Source: Felis catus (taxonomy: Eukaryota). From it: 64,000 nucleotides of DNA. Position numbers and translations under genes: made by a program. This document shows, piece by piece, positions 40,690 through 52,311 of the stretch. The stretch covers positions 158,536,001 through 158,600,000 of the forward strand of contig NC_058368.1 in the NCBI RefSeq assembly GCF_018350175.1. The letters are read 5' to 3'. Position 1 is the first letter of the stretch; the number at the start of each line of letters is the position of its first letter. A model generated the notes under the pieces. The model was not told the DNA's origin. It was given only the letters and a program-made list of their open reading frames with translations, and did no database searches.

Positions 40690-41372
40690 AACAATTTTTT
40701 TTCAAATTGTATTAAAATACATAAAACATACCATTTACTATCAACATATTCTAAGTGTGCAGTTCCATAGCGTAAGTATATTCACATTGCTGAGCAGTGA
40801 ATCTCCAGAACTTTTCATCTTGCAAAATAGAACTCTTTACCAAAACAAATCTCCATTTTCTCCAACCCCCAATCCCTGGCAGCCACCATTCTATTTTCTC
40901 TTCTAAATACCTTATGTAAGTGAAATGTACAGTATTTGTCTTTTTGTGACTGGCTTGCTTCACTTAACATGGTGCCCTCAAGGTTCATCTATGTTGTAGC
41001 ACATGTTAGAATTTCCTTCTTTTTTAAGGCTGAGTAATCCTTTCTGTGTATATACCATATTTTGTTTCCTCCACTGATAGACACATGAGTTGCTTCCACC
41101 TTTTGGCTTTTACAAATAATGCTGCTATGATCATAGGTATATAAATACCTCTTTAAGACTCTTTTAGTACTTTGAGATGTATACCTAGAAGTGATGTTGC
41201 TACATCATATGGTAGTTCTATTTTTAGTTTTTTGAGGTACTGCTGTATTGTTTTCCATAGTGGTTACTCCAGTTTACATTCCCACAAATAGGGCATAAGA
41301 GTTCCAATTTCTTCACAACCTCACCAACACTTGTTTTCTGTTTTTTGATAGCACCCATCCAAATAGGTGTAA
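40690..41372 (-). mobile_element. L1 (L1MB-like) 3' fragment
   Basis: ctggcagccaccattcta, tttgtgactggcttgcttcacttaacat, tacctagaagtg, cacaacctcaccaacacttg. Confidence 0.8.
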
Positions 41373-41971
41373 GCTGTCAAACAAGTCTGTTTTAATTTAG
41401 GAATATAACATAACAGAAGAAACGTTTTTGATGATGACTGGTTTTCTCCATGTTCCTTATTTTGCACTATAGAAATAGATTCAAGCATCAGATGAAAGTT
41501 GGGATGGGGGATTTGGATGACCTTTCCAGCTCTGAGATTTTAATAAAGGCACAAGACTGTGTTTCTTCCCCTCTTCTCACCACTCTTCCCACACTTGCTG
41601 CTGTATTTCCACCATGGAACTTACCACACTATATGGCAATACATTTATTCATTCTGTACGTTGCAATAGTCCCTGTGTTCCTGCAGGGCAGAGAGTGGGT
41701 CTCATTCTTCTTCCCGTCCCCAGTATCCAGCCAGTTGCCTGCCTGGTTTTTGTGGATGCTTAGTGAATAATTATTGCATTAAATTAGATTGATATTCCCT
41801 ATAATCACACTGCCAGGAAAGTAGCAGCCAACTGAATTAAATATTTTCTTGACTGTTAGTTGTAAAGACTCTTACTTGCTCTGACTCCAGAAGCACCACT
41901 AGTCAATTCCTTGCCTTTGTATTCAGGATTTTTTTTCTTGTTTTTTTCATATTTATGTACCTCTGTTACAG

Positions 41972-42133
41972 CCTACCTACTGATGTCATGACTACTGTGT
42001 TCAAGGTCGGAGCACAAACTGAGAAAGGCTGGTCATTCCTACTAAGCAAGTATGTCTCTATAGGCTCTGAAGCAGAAAAGAATAAAATACTTGAGGCTCT
42101 TGCCAGCTCCGAGGATGTACGGAAACTTTACTG
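41972..42133 (+). CDS. LNPEP: LNPEP coding exon (~exon 15): LPTDVMTTVFKVGAQTEKGWSFLLSKYVSIGSEAEKNKILEALASSEDVRKLY
   Basis: ttacag| acceptor, TG|gtatga donor, 162 bp. Confidence 0.96.
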
Positions 42134-43350
42134 GTATGAAACCACCCAAGGAATGTGATATATAGAAACTAAAAGCATAAAAGCATTGTGCTTCTAGGTT
42201 GAGGAGCTCATTTTCTCTGGGATCTCCCGTTTTCTACCTTTACTTGTGGGCCAGACCTGACTTGGAAGGTGTGGGGAGGAGCCCGCATGTGTTGGGCTTC
42301 ATCTCAGGGATTGGACTGTACAGATGGATAGAAAGTGCTTCGCCTGAAAGAGATTGGGAGATGCCAGAAATCACAGTCCCCTTCTGCTTTCTGCTTAAAA
42401 ACTTTTTGATCCGCCTGGCATGTTGTCTTTGATTCCACAATTAGTGCTTCTTTTTATTTATTTATTTTATTATTATTATTATTTTTTGTCAAGGCATTGC
42501 TCTGTCCAGGCCATCATTTTGAAAATGCAGAGACTTCAGTAAAAGGTGACATGTGAAAGCTTATAGGTTATACATTCATGTGGATGTGTCAGACCTTTCC
42601 TTTTTAACATTCAGCTGATGAAAAGCTAGCGATGGTTGTTTCACATGGGGGAAAGAAGGGCAATAAGTAGGGCTTCCTGGGAGGAAGAGCAATCAGTGTC
42701 AGGGTAGAGGCACTGTAAATAACTGAGAGAAACAGGAAGGTATCTTGAAAGTCATCAGCGGGAAGGAAAGGAAAAGCATGTGGGTCTCATTGCTTCTCTT
42801 GTATAACTTTGCTCAGAGAAATCCTAATAGTGTTCCAGAGATATTCTTAGTTAGCAGCTGCCCAGATCCACTTTCCATAGGATACACTGTAAATAATCAT
42901 TTTCTTTAAAGTAGTAGCCAGCCTCTGACTCAAGAAAGCAGAGAAAAGTTGTGTATAAATTAGTAATTTTGTTTTAAAATAGTAGTGTTTTACTAATAAA
43001 TTTCCATTATAAAGTATTTAAACAATACTTAAGAACATGGAATAAAATGTGAAAGTGTCTCTCATCTGACCCTTCGCTTACATCCTTATTCTCTCTTCTC
43101 TGTTAACAGTGTCAGTCCTGGTCTGGGTATTTACATATTTAAACATAGGTTTATACTATACCCAGTGCTCTGTAACATTCTTTTTAGTTCTTTGACAGTC
43201 TTTGAGATTTGCCTTGTGAGTTCATAAAGTTTATTTCATTTGTTTTTATGGCTACACAGTATTCAATAGTATGGCTCTGTCATAATTTATTTAATCCATC
43301 ACATGTTGAGGGGCATTTGGGTTTTTCCTCCTATTAAAAATAATTCTGCA

Positions 43351-43577
43351 GGGGCACCTGGGTAGCTTAATCAGTTAAGCGTCCGACTTTGGCTCAGGTC
43401 ATGATCTCACAGTTCGTGAGTTCGAGCCCCATGTCAGGCTCTTTTCTGACAGCTCAGAGCCTGGAGCCTGCTTCGGATTCTTTGTCTTCCTCTCTCTCTG
43501 CCCCTCCCCAGCTCGCACTCTGTCTCTCTCTCTCTCTCTCTCTCAAAAATAAATAAACATTTAAAAAAATTCAAAAA
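43351..43577 (+). mobile_element. SINEC_Fc-like SINE
   Basis: ggggcacctgggtagcttaatcagttaagcgtccgac...aataaacattt. Confidence 0.92.
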
Positions 43578-43896
43578 GTAATCATTATGCATTCTCTTGG
43601 GAGTATGTGTTTTCCCACTATAAGCAGGTATTATAGCATGATACATGAGAACTGCATTCATTTGAGTACCAAGCTTTAGAATTTATCAGCTACGGTACTA
43701 TGACAATTTTACATAACCTCAGTTTCTTACTATAAAATGGAGATAGGTAATAATTACCTATTTCAAGCCTTGTGTCAAGTATTTAGAACATAATATAGTA
43801 CTTACAGAGTATCAATAAATGTTAGCTATTAATATTAAGAGTGTATTCTGCAATGTATCTTGCTTTTTACATCAAACAGCCCAATTTTTTAAGAGT

Positions 43897-44101
43897 AGGT
43901 GCCTGGGTGGCTTAGTTGGTTAAGCACCCAACTCTTGATTTTGGCTCATGTCATGATCTTATGGTTCATGAGTCTGAGTCCCACATTAGGCTCTGCACTG
44001 ACAGTGTGGAGCCTACTTGGGATACTTTCACTCTCTTTCTGCCCCTTCCCCACTTGTGCTCTCAATCTCTCTCTCTCTCTCAAAAAATAAACTTTAAAAA
44101 A
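43897..44101 (+). mobile_element. CAN-SINE
   Basis: ggtgcctgggtggcttagttggttaagc...aataaacttt. Confidence 0.88.
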
Positions 44102-44436
44102 GTAGTAATATACCTATCTACTCATATCAAATAAGGTTTTTAACAGAAAAAAAATCCAATCTTCAGAGTTGTAATAAATTCTACTTGAATTTATTTCATA
44201 AATGAGCTTACTACATCAAGAACTGTTTATTATTATGTGACAGTGTATTGAGTTCTCCCTTTATTTAAAAAAAAATAACAAATTTTCAGTCTATTGATCA
44301 ACCTTAGACTGACCCAAAACTTACATCCTTTAAACTGCTTCAGAACCTTCATTAGGAGACCGGTACTAATTTTAAGTTCAGTGATCACTTCATGATGAAT
44401 AATTATTTTGGGAACCAAATCTGCTTTGCTCTCCAG

Positions 44437-44577
44437 GTTAATGAAAAAGAGCCTCAGTGGAGATATCATCCGAACACAGAAGCTGTCATTTATCATTAGA
44501 ACAGCTGGCCGACATTTTCCTGGGCACTTGCTGGCATGGGATTTTGTCAAAGAGAACTGGAATAAGCTTGTGCAGAA
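44437..44577 (+). CDS. LNPEP: LNPEP coding exon (~exon 16): LMKKSLSGDIIRTQKLSFIIRTAGRHFPGHLLAWDFVKENWNKLVQ
   Basis: ctccag| acceptor, AA|gtaagt donor, 141 bp. Confidence 0.96.
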
Positions 44578-45227
44578 GTAAGTGTCTCAGATAACTACTA
44601 ATTTTTAGTATTCTCCAGTTCTGCATTTAAAAATGTTCTCAGTGTTGTATTGATTCACAGGATTTAAGATTTGCTGTGAGAGGAAAAATGCTTCACTGAC
44701 AGTTGAACTGAAGCACCCAGAAATTTCCACCCTTGTAAATGTCATTCCATAACGTGAGGCATTAACGGTGGTGCTCCATTCGAATGCTAATTAAGCCCAA
44801 CCAGGCTTGACACTTACGTCACTTAGCTTCACATGGCCACGGACTATTTGAGAATAGCTCTTGGGTTATGTGTTTTGAAAAGTACCTCTTCACTGCCAAA
44901 GAATCAGTTAAGAATTCACACCCACCTCAGTAGCACATGAAGCATTTAATTTCTTTTAAAGTAATAATAGATTAAATGGATTAATAATTTATCTGGGTAT
45001 CCTTAACTCCTGCCTTTTTCTGCCCACCTTTTCGTCCTACTGACAGTGAGTGTATGTAGGATTACTCCTAATACACCGAGCTTCATTACCCTGGAGCAGG
45101 ATTTCGCTTTGCCTTTGGCCTGTGTAATTTATAGTAAAGTATTTCCTTTGCACTCAAGAACTTTGTTTTCCAACAACTGCCTCATTTTTTTTCCTCTCTT
45201 TTTGCTCTTGTATTTGTGTTTCTTCAG

Positions 45228-45309
45228 GTTTCATCTGGGGTCCTATACCATACAAAGTATTGTTGCCGGGTCAACACACCTGTTTTCAACAAAGGCACAT
45301 TTGTCTGAG
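45228..45309 (+). CDS. LNPEP: LNPEP coding exon (~exon 17): FHLGSYTIQSIVAGSTHLFSTKAHLSE
   Basis: long pyrimidine tract then ttcag| acceptor, GAG|gttggt donor, 82 bp. Confidence 0.95.
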
Positions 45310-45556
45310 GTTGGTTGTATAAAATGTTAGGGAGATCGGGTAATCCTTTCCTCTTAGGCTACTTGGTTTAAGTTAGGTGGTACCTTCTCATGCCAATTCC
45401 TGTCCCTCTTCTCTGTCTACTGTGGTCAGCGCTAGTGATTCTGCATTGGGATTACTTTCAAAAGGTGAATATTCAACAATGAGGAAAAATTCTGATGAGA
45501 AAGAATTTGGATTCCATTCTCAACAATATTCCCTTCTCTTCCTGATACAAATAATT

Positions 45557-45773
45557 GTTTATAATTTTTATAAAGTTTTTCTTATTTATTTTGAGAGAAA
45601 GAGAGAGTGCACGAGCAAGGGAGGAGCAGAGAGAGGAGAGAGAGAATACCAAGCAGGCTCCACATTGTCAGCGCCCAGCCCGAAGCAGGGCTCAGTCTCA
45701 CCAACCATGAGGTCATGACCTGAGCTGAAACCAAGATTTAGACGCTTAACTGACTGAGCTACTCAGGCACCCC
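45557..45773 (-). mobile_element. CAN-SINE
   Basis: ACAAATAATT direct repeat on both flanks; reversed SINE head. Confidence 0.88.
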
Positions 45774-46177
45774 ACAAATAATTTTTTTTAATTAACCATC
45801 ATATACAAAGTTTCTTTTTAAGTGGTAATAAAATTGTTTTAAAAAATTTCATTACAAGGGTAAAACTGGACATTAATTCCAACTTTAGACTACTTCATTT
45901 ACTATTACTTGGCTTTTTTTTTCCTATTTTAAATTGGAAAAATTCATCCTTGTGGGAGTAAGAGGAATTCATTTCTAACATTACTTCAGATTTCACCATA
46001 CTTGATCAGAAATTTGGTGTAAATACTTTGAATATTAAAGTACTTTTTGTTTCTACTCCTTTCAAGACATCAGTATAGCCATGACTAAGTTAAAGCTTAT
46101 TTGAAAAGGATATTCAGAGTTACCTCTGATTTACTCTTCTTTTCTTCTTTTGAAATACTTCTGCATGCAACTTACAG

Positions 46178-46309
46178 GTCCAGGCGTTCTTTGAAAATCA
46201 GTCAGAGGCAACCTTTCGGCTTCGTTGCGTCCAGGAGGCCTTGGAAGTCATTCAGTTGAATATCCGATGGATGGAGAAGAACCTTAAAACTCTGACGTGG
46301 TGGCTGTAG
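46178..46309 (+). CDS. LNPEP: LNPEP last coding exon: VQAFFENQSEATFRLRCVQEALEVIQLNIRWMEKNLKTLTWWL*
   Basis: ttacag| acceptor; TAG at 46307-46309; IRAP C-terminus. Confidence 0.97.
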   Translation, partial: VQAFFENQSEATFRLRCVQEALEVIQLNIRWMEKNLKTLTWWL

Positions 46310-48399
46310 CATGCACACCTGCACCTCATCTTGTCGCCCATTCAGAGAGCTTGTTAACTTGGGCTCCGCTGCTTTTGCAAAAAGCCAAGGTGAAGCCAGA
46401 ACCGCTGCCGAGTTGTTTGCACTCTTAGGAGTTCTAGTTAGCTCAGGGCCCGTCTGTACTTTTCATCTGTCTTTTTCGAATTGTCTTTGGGAAGTATGTA
46501 GTTATTTATTATAAAATTATATTCGCCTACATGCGCCAACATCTACAAAAACAGTAAGTAATTTTTCTACTTTTAAGATAAAGAAATAGGGAGGAAAAAT
46601 CTGTTTTGGCCTTCTGTTCTGTTTCTCAGTATCCGGAAAATACTGACATGGTGAAACAAGCAAAGATCTACCATGGGAGCCATCATCTTTGCAGGCTGCT
46701 GGTTTGTCAGCCATTTGTTGCTTCTTATTGATAGATGTTACTTGAATGTGGTACAACACTTGGCTTCAAATACTATGGTAATGAAGTCGATGAATCATAT
46801 AACTGTTAGAAAACTGATCTCAGGTGTGCAGATCTACTTTGATTTGAGGTTTTGATTAACTCTTTATTTTCTGAAAAAAAGTTTAAATAAGATCTATAAC
46901 TTATATTTTTTTTCTGCAGAACAGCCAGGTGCTACAGAATTTTTAAATTTTTGTTGTATTGAAAAGCTAAGTAATAAGGACAAAAGATTAAAGTTTCCAA
47001 ATATTTAATAATTATTTTTTCATCTTTTAGGAAAATGTTTCAAACTGAGTTAGCTTTAATTATAATTATTTTATTTATGAATTCTCCAAATCTGTACACC
47101 TTTACCACTCCCTGCCATAGATATACCTTATGTTATAAATAAGTATGTCTACATACATGGCAAGCATTTTGTTAATACTGGTGTCTTTTATCCTGACTTT
47201 ATCACTATTACTAAAAATAATTTGTTTAAGTTACCTTTGACATTACCTGACCATAGACACTTTCTCTGTGAATCATACTCATGTAGATTTTCATGTTATA
47301 TGGTAGGGTATATTAGAAGCATAGTAGAAGCATATTTTAAAATAGGGCCTTTGAGAAATTGAGCATTTTTATTTGAAGTTCACCATAGTACCTTAAAGGA
47401 ATAAAGAGAATGTGGGATAGGAGTAATTTGATTCAGATTTAATATGGTGGGCTTTGAATTTTTTCTACTGTCAAAAACAGTACCATTTTTTAGTTGAAAA
47501 ATCAGTGGTTTTGTTTTGTTTTGTCTTTATCATGGCCAAACTAACTGATTAAAAGGAACGGCTGAGAAAAGAGAGAAAGAAAAGGGAAGATGTCCACAGC
47601 TGTGTGGCATTTTCACTCCTTGCAAAGGAGAAATACTGTACTTGAATTTTTTGAGCTATGCAGACTTCATACTTAGATTGTGGAGTTTCTTTGATTCTTA
47701 TGGGAAAGACTTTCTTCCTAATAATTTTTGAGTACTTTATATTTTGTTTGAAAACATCTTGTATGTACGTAAAAAGAGTAGATACCCATTTTCAAGCACT
47801 TAAAACACTCCACAGAATCAATGGGAAAGGACACCTTTTTTTTTTTATTTTAGCAGGTATAAAGCAAAAAATATGTGGGATTGTGTATAAAATTATATTT
47901 TACTTTATGAAAATATTTTTATATAACAAGATTTAAAATGCTAGCAAGCTAAAAGCTAGCTTTCTTTAATCCTAGTGTGTTTTCCCCCAATTTAGTCTTT
48001 TCTAAACATTTACCTCTGGTTTAGAATACAAAATCTTATATCCTGAGAATCACAGAATCCTCAAAAGATGTCTTACTGAAACTGGGGTGATCGTAGGTTT
48101 TTATTTGTCTTGTGCTTCCAGAAATGAATGATAGTTTAGTTGATATTGGAAGTTAGTGTGTTTTTATATTTTTAGAGTGGGGAAACATACTAAACTTTGA
48201 GGGGTTTTTTGGTTGCTGGTTTTTTACCATATGTTATATTACTAAATTCCACTTTGATACAGAATTTAAATTTTGCTACTTCTCAAAATCAGTTAAGACT
48301 TTTCAGTTTTACCTGCCCATCTTTACATGGCTACTGTAATGTATGTTAACTCTGCATATGGCAAATCCTGTACCGAATTATATCATCTTTCCTGAGTGC

Positions 48400-48440
<41 letters not shown>

Positions 48441-49779
48441 CGTGCTTATAGTATGTAGGAAGAGGGTGATGTTTAAATACTTATCAAAACATGAGCTAAA
48501 AAAGAGGTAACTTGTAATCCATTGCTATCTTTGTATTCAAAAGCTGTTCATTCCCATGATACTGGATCTATACTGGTTGTAGTGTTATTTATAGGCCTCA
48601 CCTCAGTTGTTTGTAGTTTTAGCAGCCCTCCCCTCACATTTTCCCACAGGATTCCATAATTTGTAATGTTAAGCTAACCCATCTCTGTATGGCACTTCTA
48701 AAAACTATCTCTAAGTCAGGAATATAAGGTTAAGTAACCAGTAGAACATGTTACATAGTAAGTATAACTAGCTTTTGAAGATTATATCACCCCAAACCTT
48801 ATCTTTGCCCCTGCGTCTTGTAGAGCTCAAACAGATGGACGCACAGCAGTCACAGCACGCTTGTTTATGTAAGCACATAGATCCATGACAGTTAAGTGCT
48901 GGTTTTCAAGTATTATGTTCATTGCAGAGAGACGATCTACATGAATGTAATAGAAGGGGCACATCATACTAGGTTATTAGGAAAGGTAAAATTGGAAATC
49001 TGGAATTGTAGAAGAAAAACGTATGCTTTGGAGATCTGGAAATAGAAATCCAAGGAGTCTAGTTTGTTCCCTTAATAGCAAGAGATTGGATACATTAAAC
49101 TACAGGTGGGGTCAGCTTCCACCCCAGGCTTGTGCCTTCCTGCATCTTCTTGTTTTACACAGAGATCTCTTTAAGTTAAGTGTTGCTGTTATTTGTGAAC
49201 TTCTTACCAGCACAGGTTCCACTTAAATGTTAATACTCTTTGCCATTCATGTTTTCATTTCATTGAACAAGAGCTGTCAGCAGAGTTCTGGGTACGTAGA
49301 GGATATTGTGCTGCATCAGTCTCACTGGGTACAGAGCAGAGTCCCTTCTGAGCATAGCAAAGTAAGGAATGAAAGTTACGTGCTGAGTTTATTGGATTAT
49401 TGGTAGCCTGTTACTGAGTTGTATTTTAAGAGTCTATGCAAACTAAAGCACCTGGACCCATAATCTGCAGTTGGACTGCTGAATTCATGTAACCCCGATT
49501 TGTTTCATGGGATTGTGCAGCTCAGGACACATACCATCACCCAGGACAGCATTTTCTCAGCTGATTCTGCAAAACAAGAATTTCAAATCTCTGCAAATCT
49601 GAATTTCATACATAAGATGCAGCTCTTTTTCTCCCCTTTGCCTTTGTCATTTTGTTTTTACTGGAATTAACTGTTTTGTAAAGAGCTTCTTCTCTCCCCC
49701 CTCTGACACTCCCATTTGTACTGTTTTGTTTTTTATTTTTTGGGTTCTTTGTCTTTTTTTTTTGCATTCCTTTATTTTG

Positions 49780-51053
49780 CACTTCATTCTCTGCATTAGT
49801 AAGTACTAAATTAAAAGTGGCAGTCCAAAAGTATGATAAATTTCCTCTTCTCCCTTTCCTTATTGCCTACATGTTCAATAGCTAATAAAATAGTTGATTG
49901 ATTTCTTTGAGTGCCTTTTTGGGAGTATATACTTTTTTTTTAATGTGCATATGTGGTTTTGATATGTTTTTATTTTCTTTCACTTTGTAAACTTTTTCTG
50001 ATAGTGAAATTCTGTCCTGTGAAAAATCTCTTCCACCTGCCCATAATTGCCTGTGTGGGCAATAGGTACAGAGTAGTTATGTGATATTTCTTTTTTGGAA
50101 GTTGATGGTGATATTGAGGGGAGAGCAGAGTATGTTCTTTTTAAAAATGTGTACAATATGTTTTTGCTGCTATCTTGTGGGTGTCATTTCATTTTGCACT
50201 TAATTCATCTTTCCCATGGATATGTAAATATCTAATGAACTGTGGAGGTCCAGAAGTAGGACACATGTCCCACTTACCCCTCTCCATATTGCCTGCATGG
50301 ACAGTAGCTAATAGAGTAGCTGTGGGTGCTCTTGCCTTGATCTAGTCTTGGGGGCTCGGGCTTGTATATCATTCTTTCAGGTGTGTGTGTGTGTATATAT
50401 GTTATGCTACTTTTTTACATTTCATTTTTATATGTCCCTTTGCATGTATGCATATATACTTAATGAAAATTGAAGTTCAGATTATGACAGATTTCCTCTT
50501 TTCTCTTTTCCTTATTGCCTCCTTGGGCAGTAGCTAATACTTTTGTTTTGTTTTGTTTTGTTTTGTTTTGTTTTGTTTTGTTTTGTTTTTGAGGGGGGAT
50601 GGGAAGTAGGGTATGTACTTAATGTATATAAATAAGTTTGCTACTACTTTGTATTACTTAATTCATTTCGTACGTTGTCCTTCTCAGAGGACATTAAAGT
50701 ACCTAATGAGACGTGGAGGTCCGGATGTATGACAATCTCCTCTTGTACCCTTCCCTTATTGCCCGTGTGGGCAATAGCTAGTAGAATAGTTGTTGGAGTG
50801 GGGTTTGGGGGGAGGGTGGGGGTGGGGACAGGGATGTGTACATGTTGTATATACCTGTTTTTACTACCAAGTTGTATTATTTCATTGGGTGCCCACACTG
50901 GAAGGTACCCAATGAACCATGGAGGTCCGGATGTATAACAATCTCCTCTTCTCCCCTTCCCTTATTGCCTGCATGGGCAATGGCTAGTAGAGTAGTTAAT
51001 TAGTTTCAGGGGTTCTTTTGTGGGCTTGGGGGTAAATACTTTTAAATATATAT

Positions 51054-51127
<74 letters not shown>

Positions 51128-52263
51128 ACACACACACACATTTTTACTTCCTTATTACAGTATTTCACTGGGTACCCAGTCCTTCACTTGGACCCGTAGG
51201 TTCCTAATGAACCGTGGAGTTCTAGATGGATAGCAATCTCTTCTTCTCCCTTTCCCTTTTTATCTACATAGGCAATAATTTTAAAGTAGTTCGGTTTTTT
51301 TGAAGTTTTGGTGTGTGGGAAGGGACAAAGGGCAGGATATATACTTTTGAAAACTGTATATACAGTGTTTGTTACTATATTTTGTTATTCCATTTTGTAC
51401 CGCGTCCCTTACTTGGACGTGTAGGTACCTAATGAGACGTGGAGGTCCGGTTGTATGAAAATCTCCTCTTGTCCCCTTTCCTTATTGCCTCTGTGGGCAA
51501 TAGTTTAGAGTAGTTTTAGATTAATTTTTTACTCTACTGCTCCCTCCCTTGAGAGGGTGGGGATATATACTCTTTTCAATGTATATGAATGTTTTTGTTC
51601 CTTTTTTCTGTTAGTTCATTTTGTACCTAGATCTCCATGGATATTTAGGTACATGATGAAAATTAAGGTTCATTCTATGAAGAAAATCTCCTCTTGGCCC
51701 CTTCCCTTGTTGCCTATCTGGGCAATGACTAGTGGTGTAGTTGTTTAGATGGGTTTTTTTTGGCAGGGTGGTGGGGGATTTCTGGGTTTACGGTTTTAGA
51801 AGTGTATATAAATGTCTGCTGCATGTTTTTTGTTTGCTTTTTTGTTTTTGTGGCTTGCTCTTTTACTTCAACCAGGTTTGTTTGTTTGTTTGTTTGTTTG
51901 GATTTGTAGATCTCAAATGTAGTGCAGAGGCCCAGATCCGGAGACATGATAAACCTTTTCTCCCTTCCCTTATAGCAATTGTAGGACTTGGTTTCTGTTT
52001 TTTGTTTTAGAGGTTATTAATGGGGAATGGGCTTATTAGATAAGATAGGTGGTTTTTTTAAATGTATATAAATGTTTCTGCCTCTTTTTGGTGTTCACTT
52101 CGTTTTGAATCTAGTCCTTCTCATGACTATTTAGGTACTTCATGAAAGTTGCGATTGATTCTATGAACAATCTCCCCTACTCCCCTTCCCTCATTGCCTG
52201 GTGGGCAGTGGTAGAAGAATAGATGTTTCATTTCTTTTTTTGGAGGGGTGGGGGGTGGGGGGA

Positions 52264-52311
<48 letters not shown>

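Noticed and set aside
50701..50735. CTAATGAG plus GAC..GTC resembling a hammerhead core (CUGAUGA)
   Set aside because: The invariant G is replaced and no GAAA directly follows the putative stem II
50757..50776. Array hairpin as an IRE, SECIS, pre-miRNA or snoRNA
   Set aside because: No CAGUGN loop or C bulge; no apical AAR and no in-frame UGA in LNPEP; stems too short for pre-miRNA; no consistent C/D or H/ACA boxes
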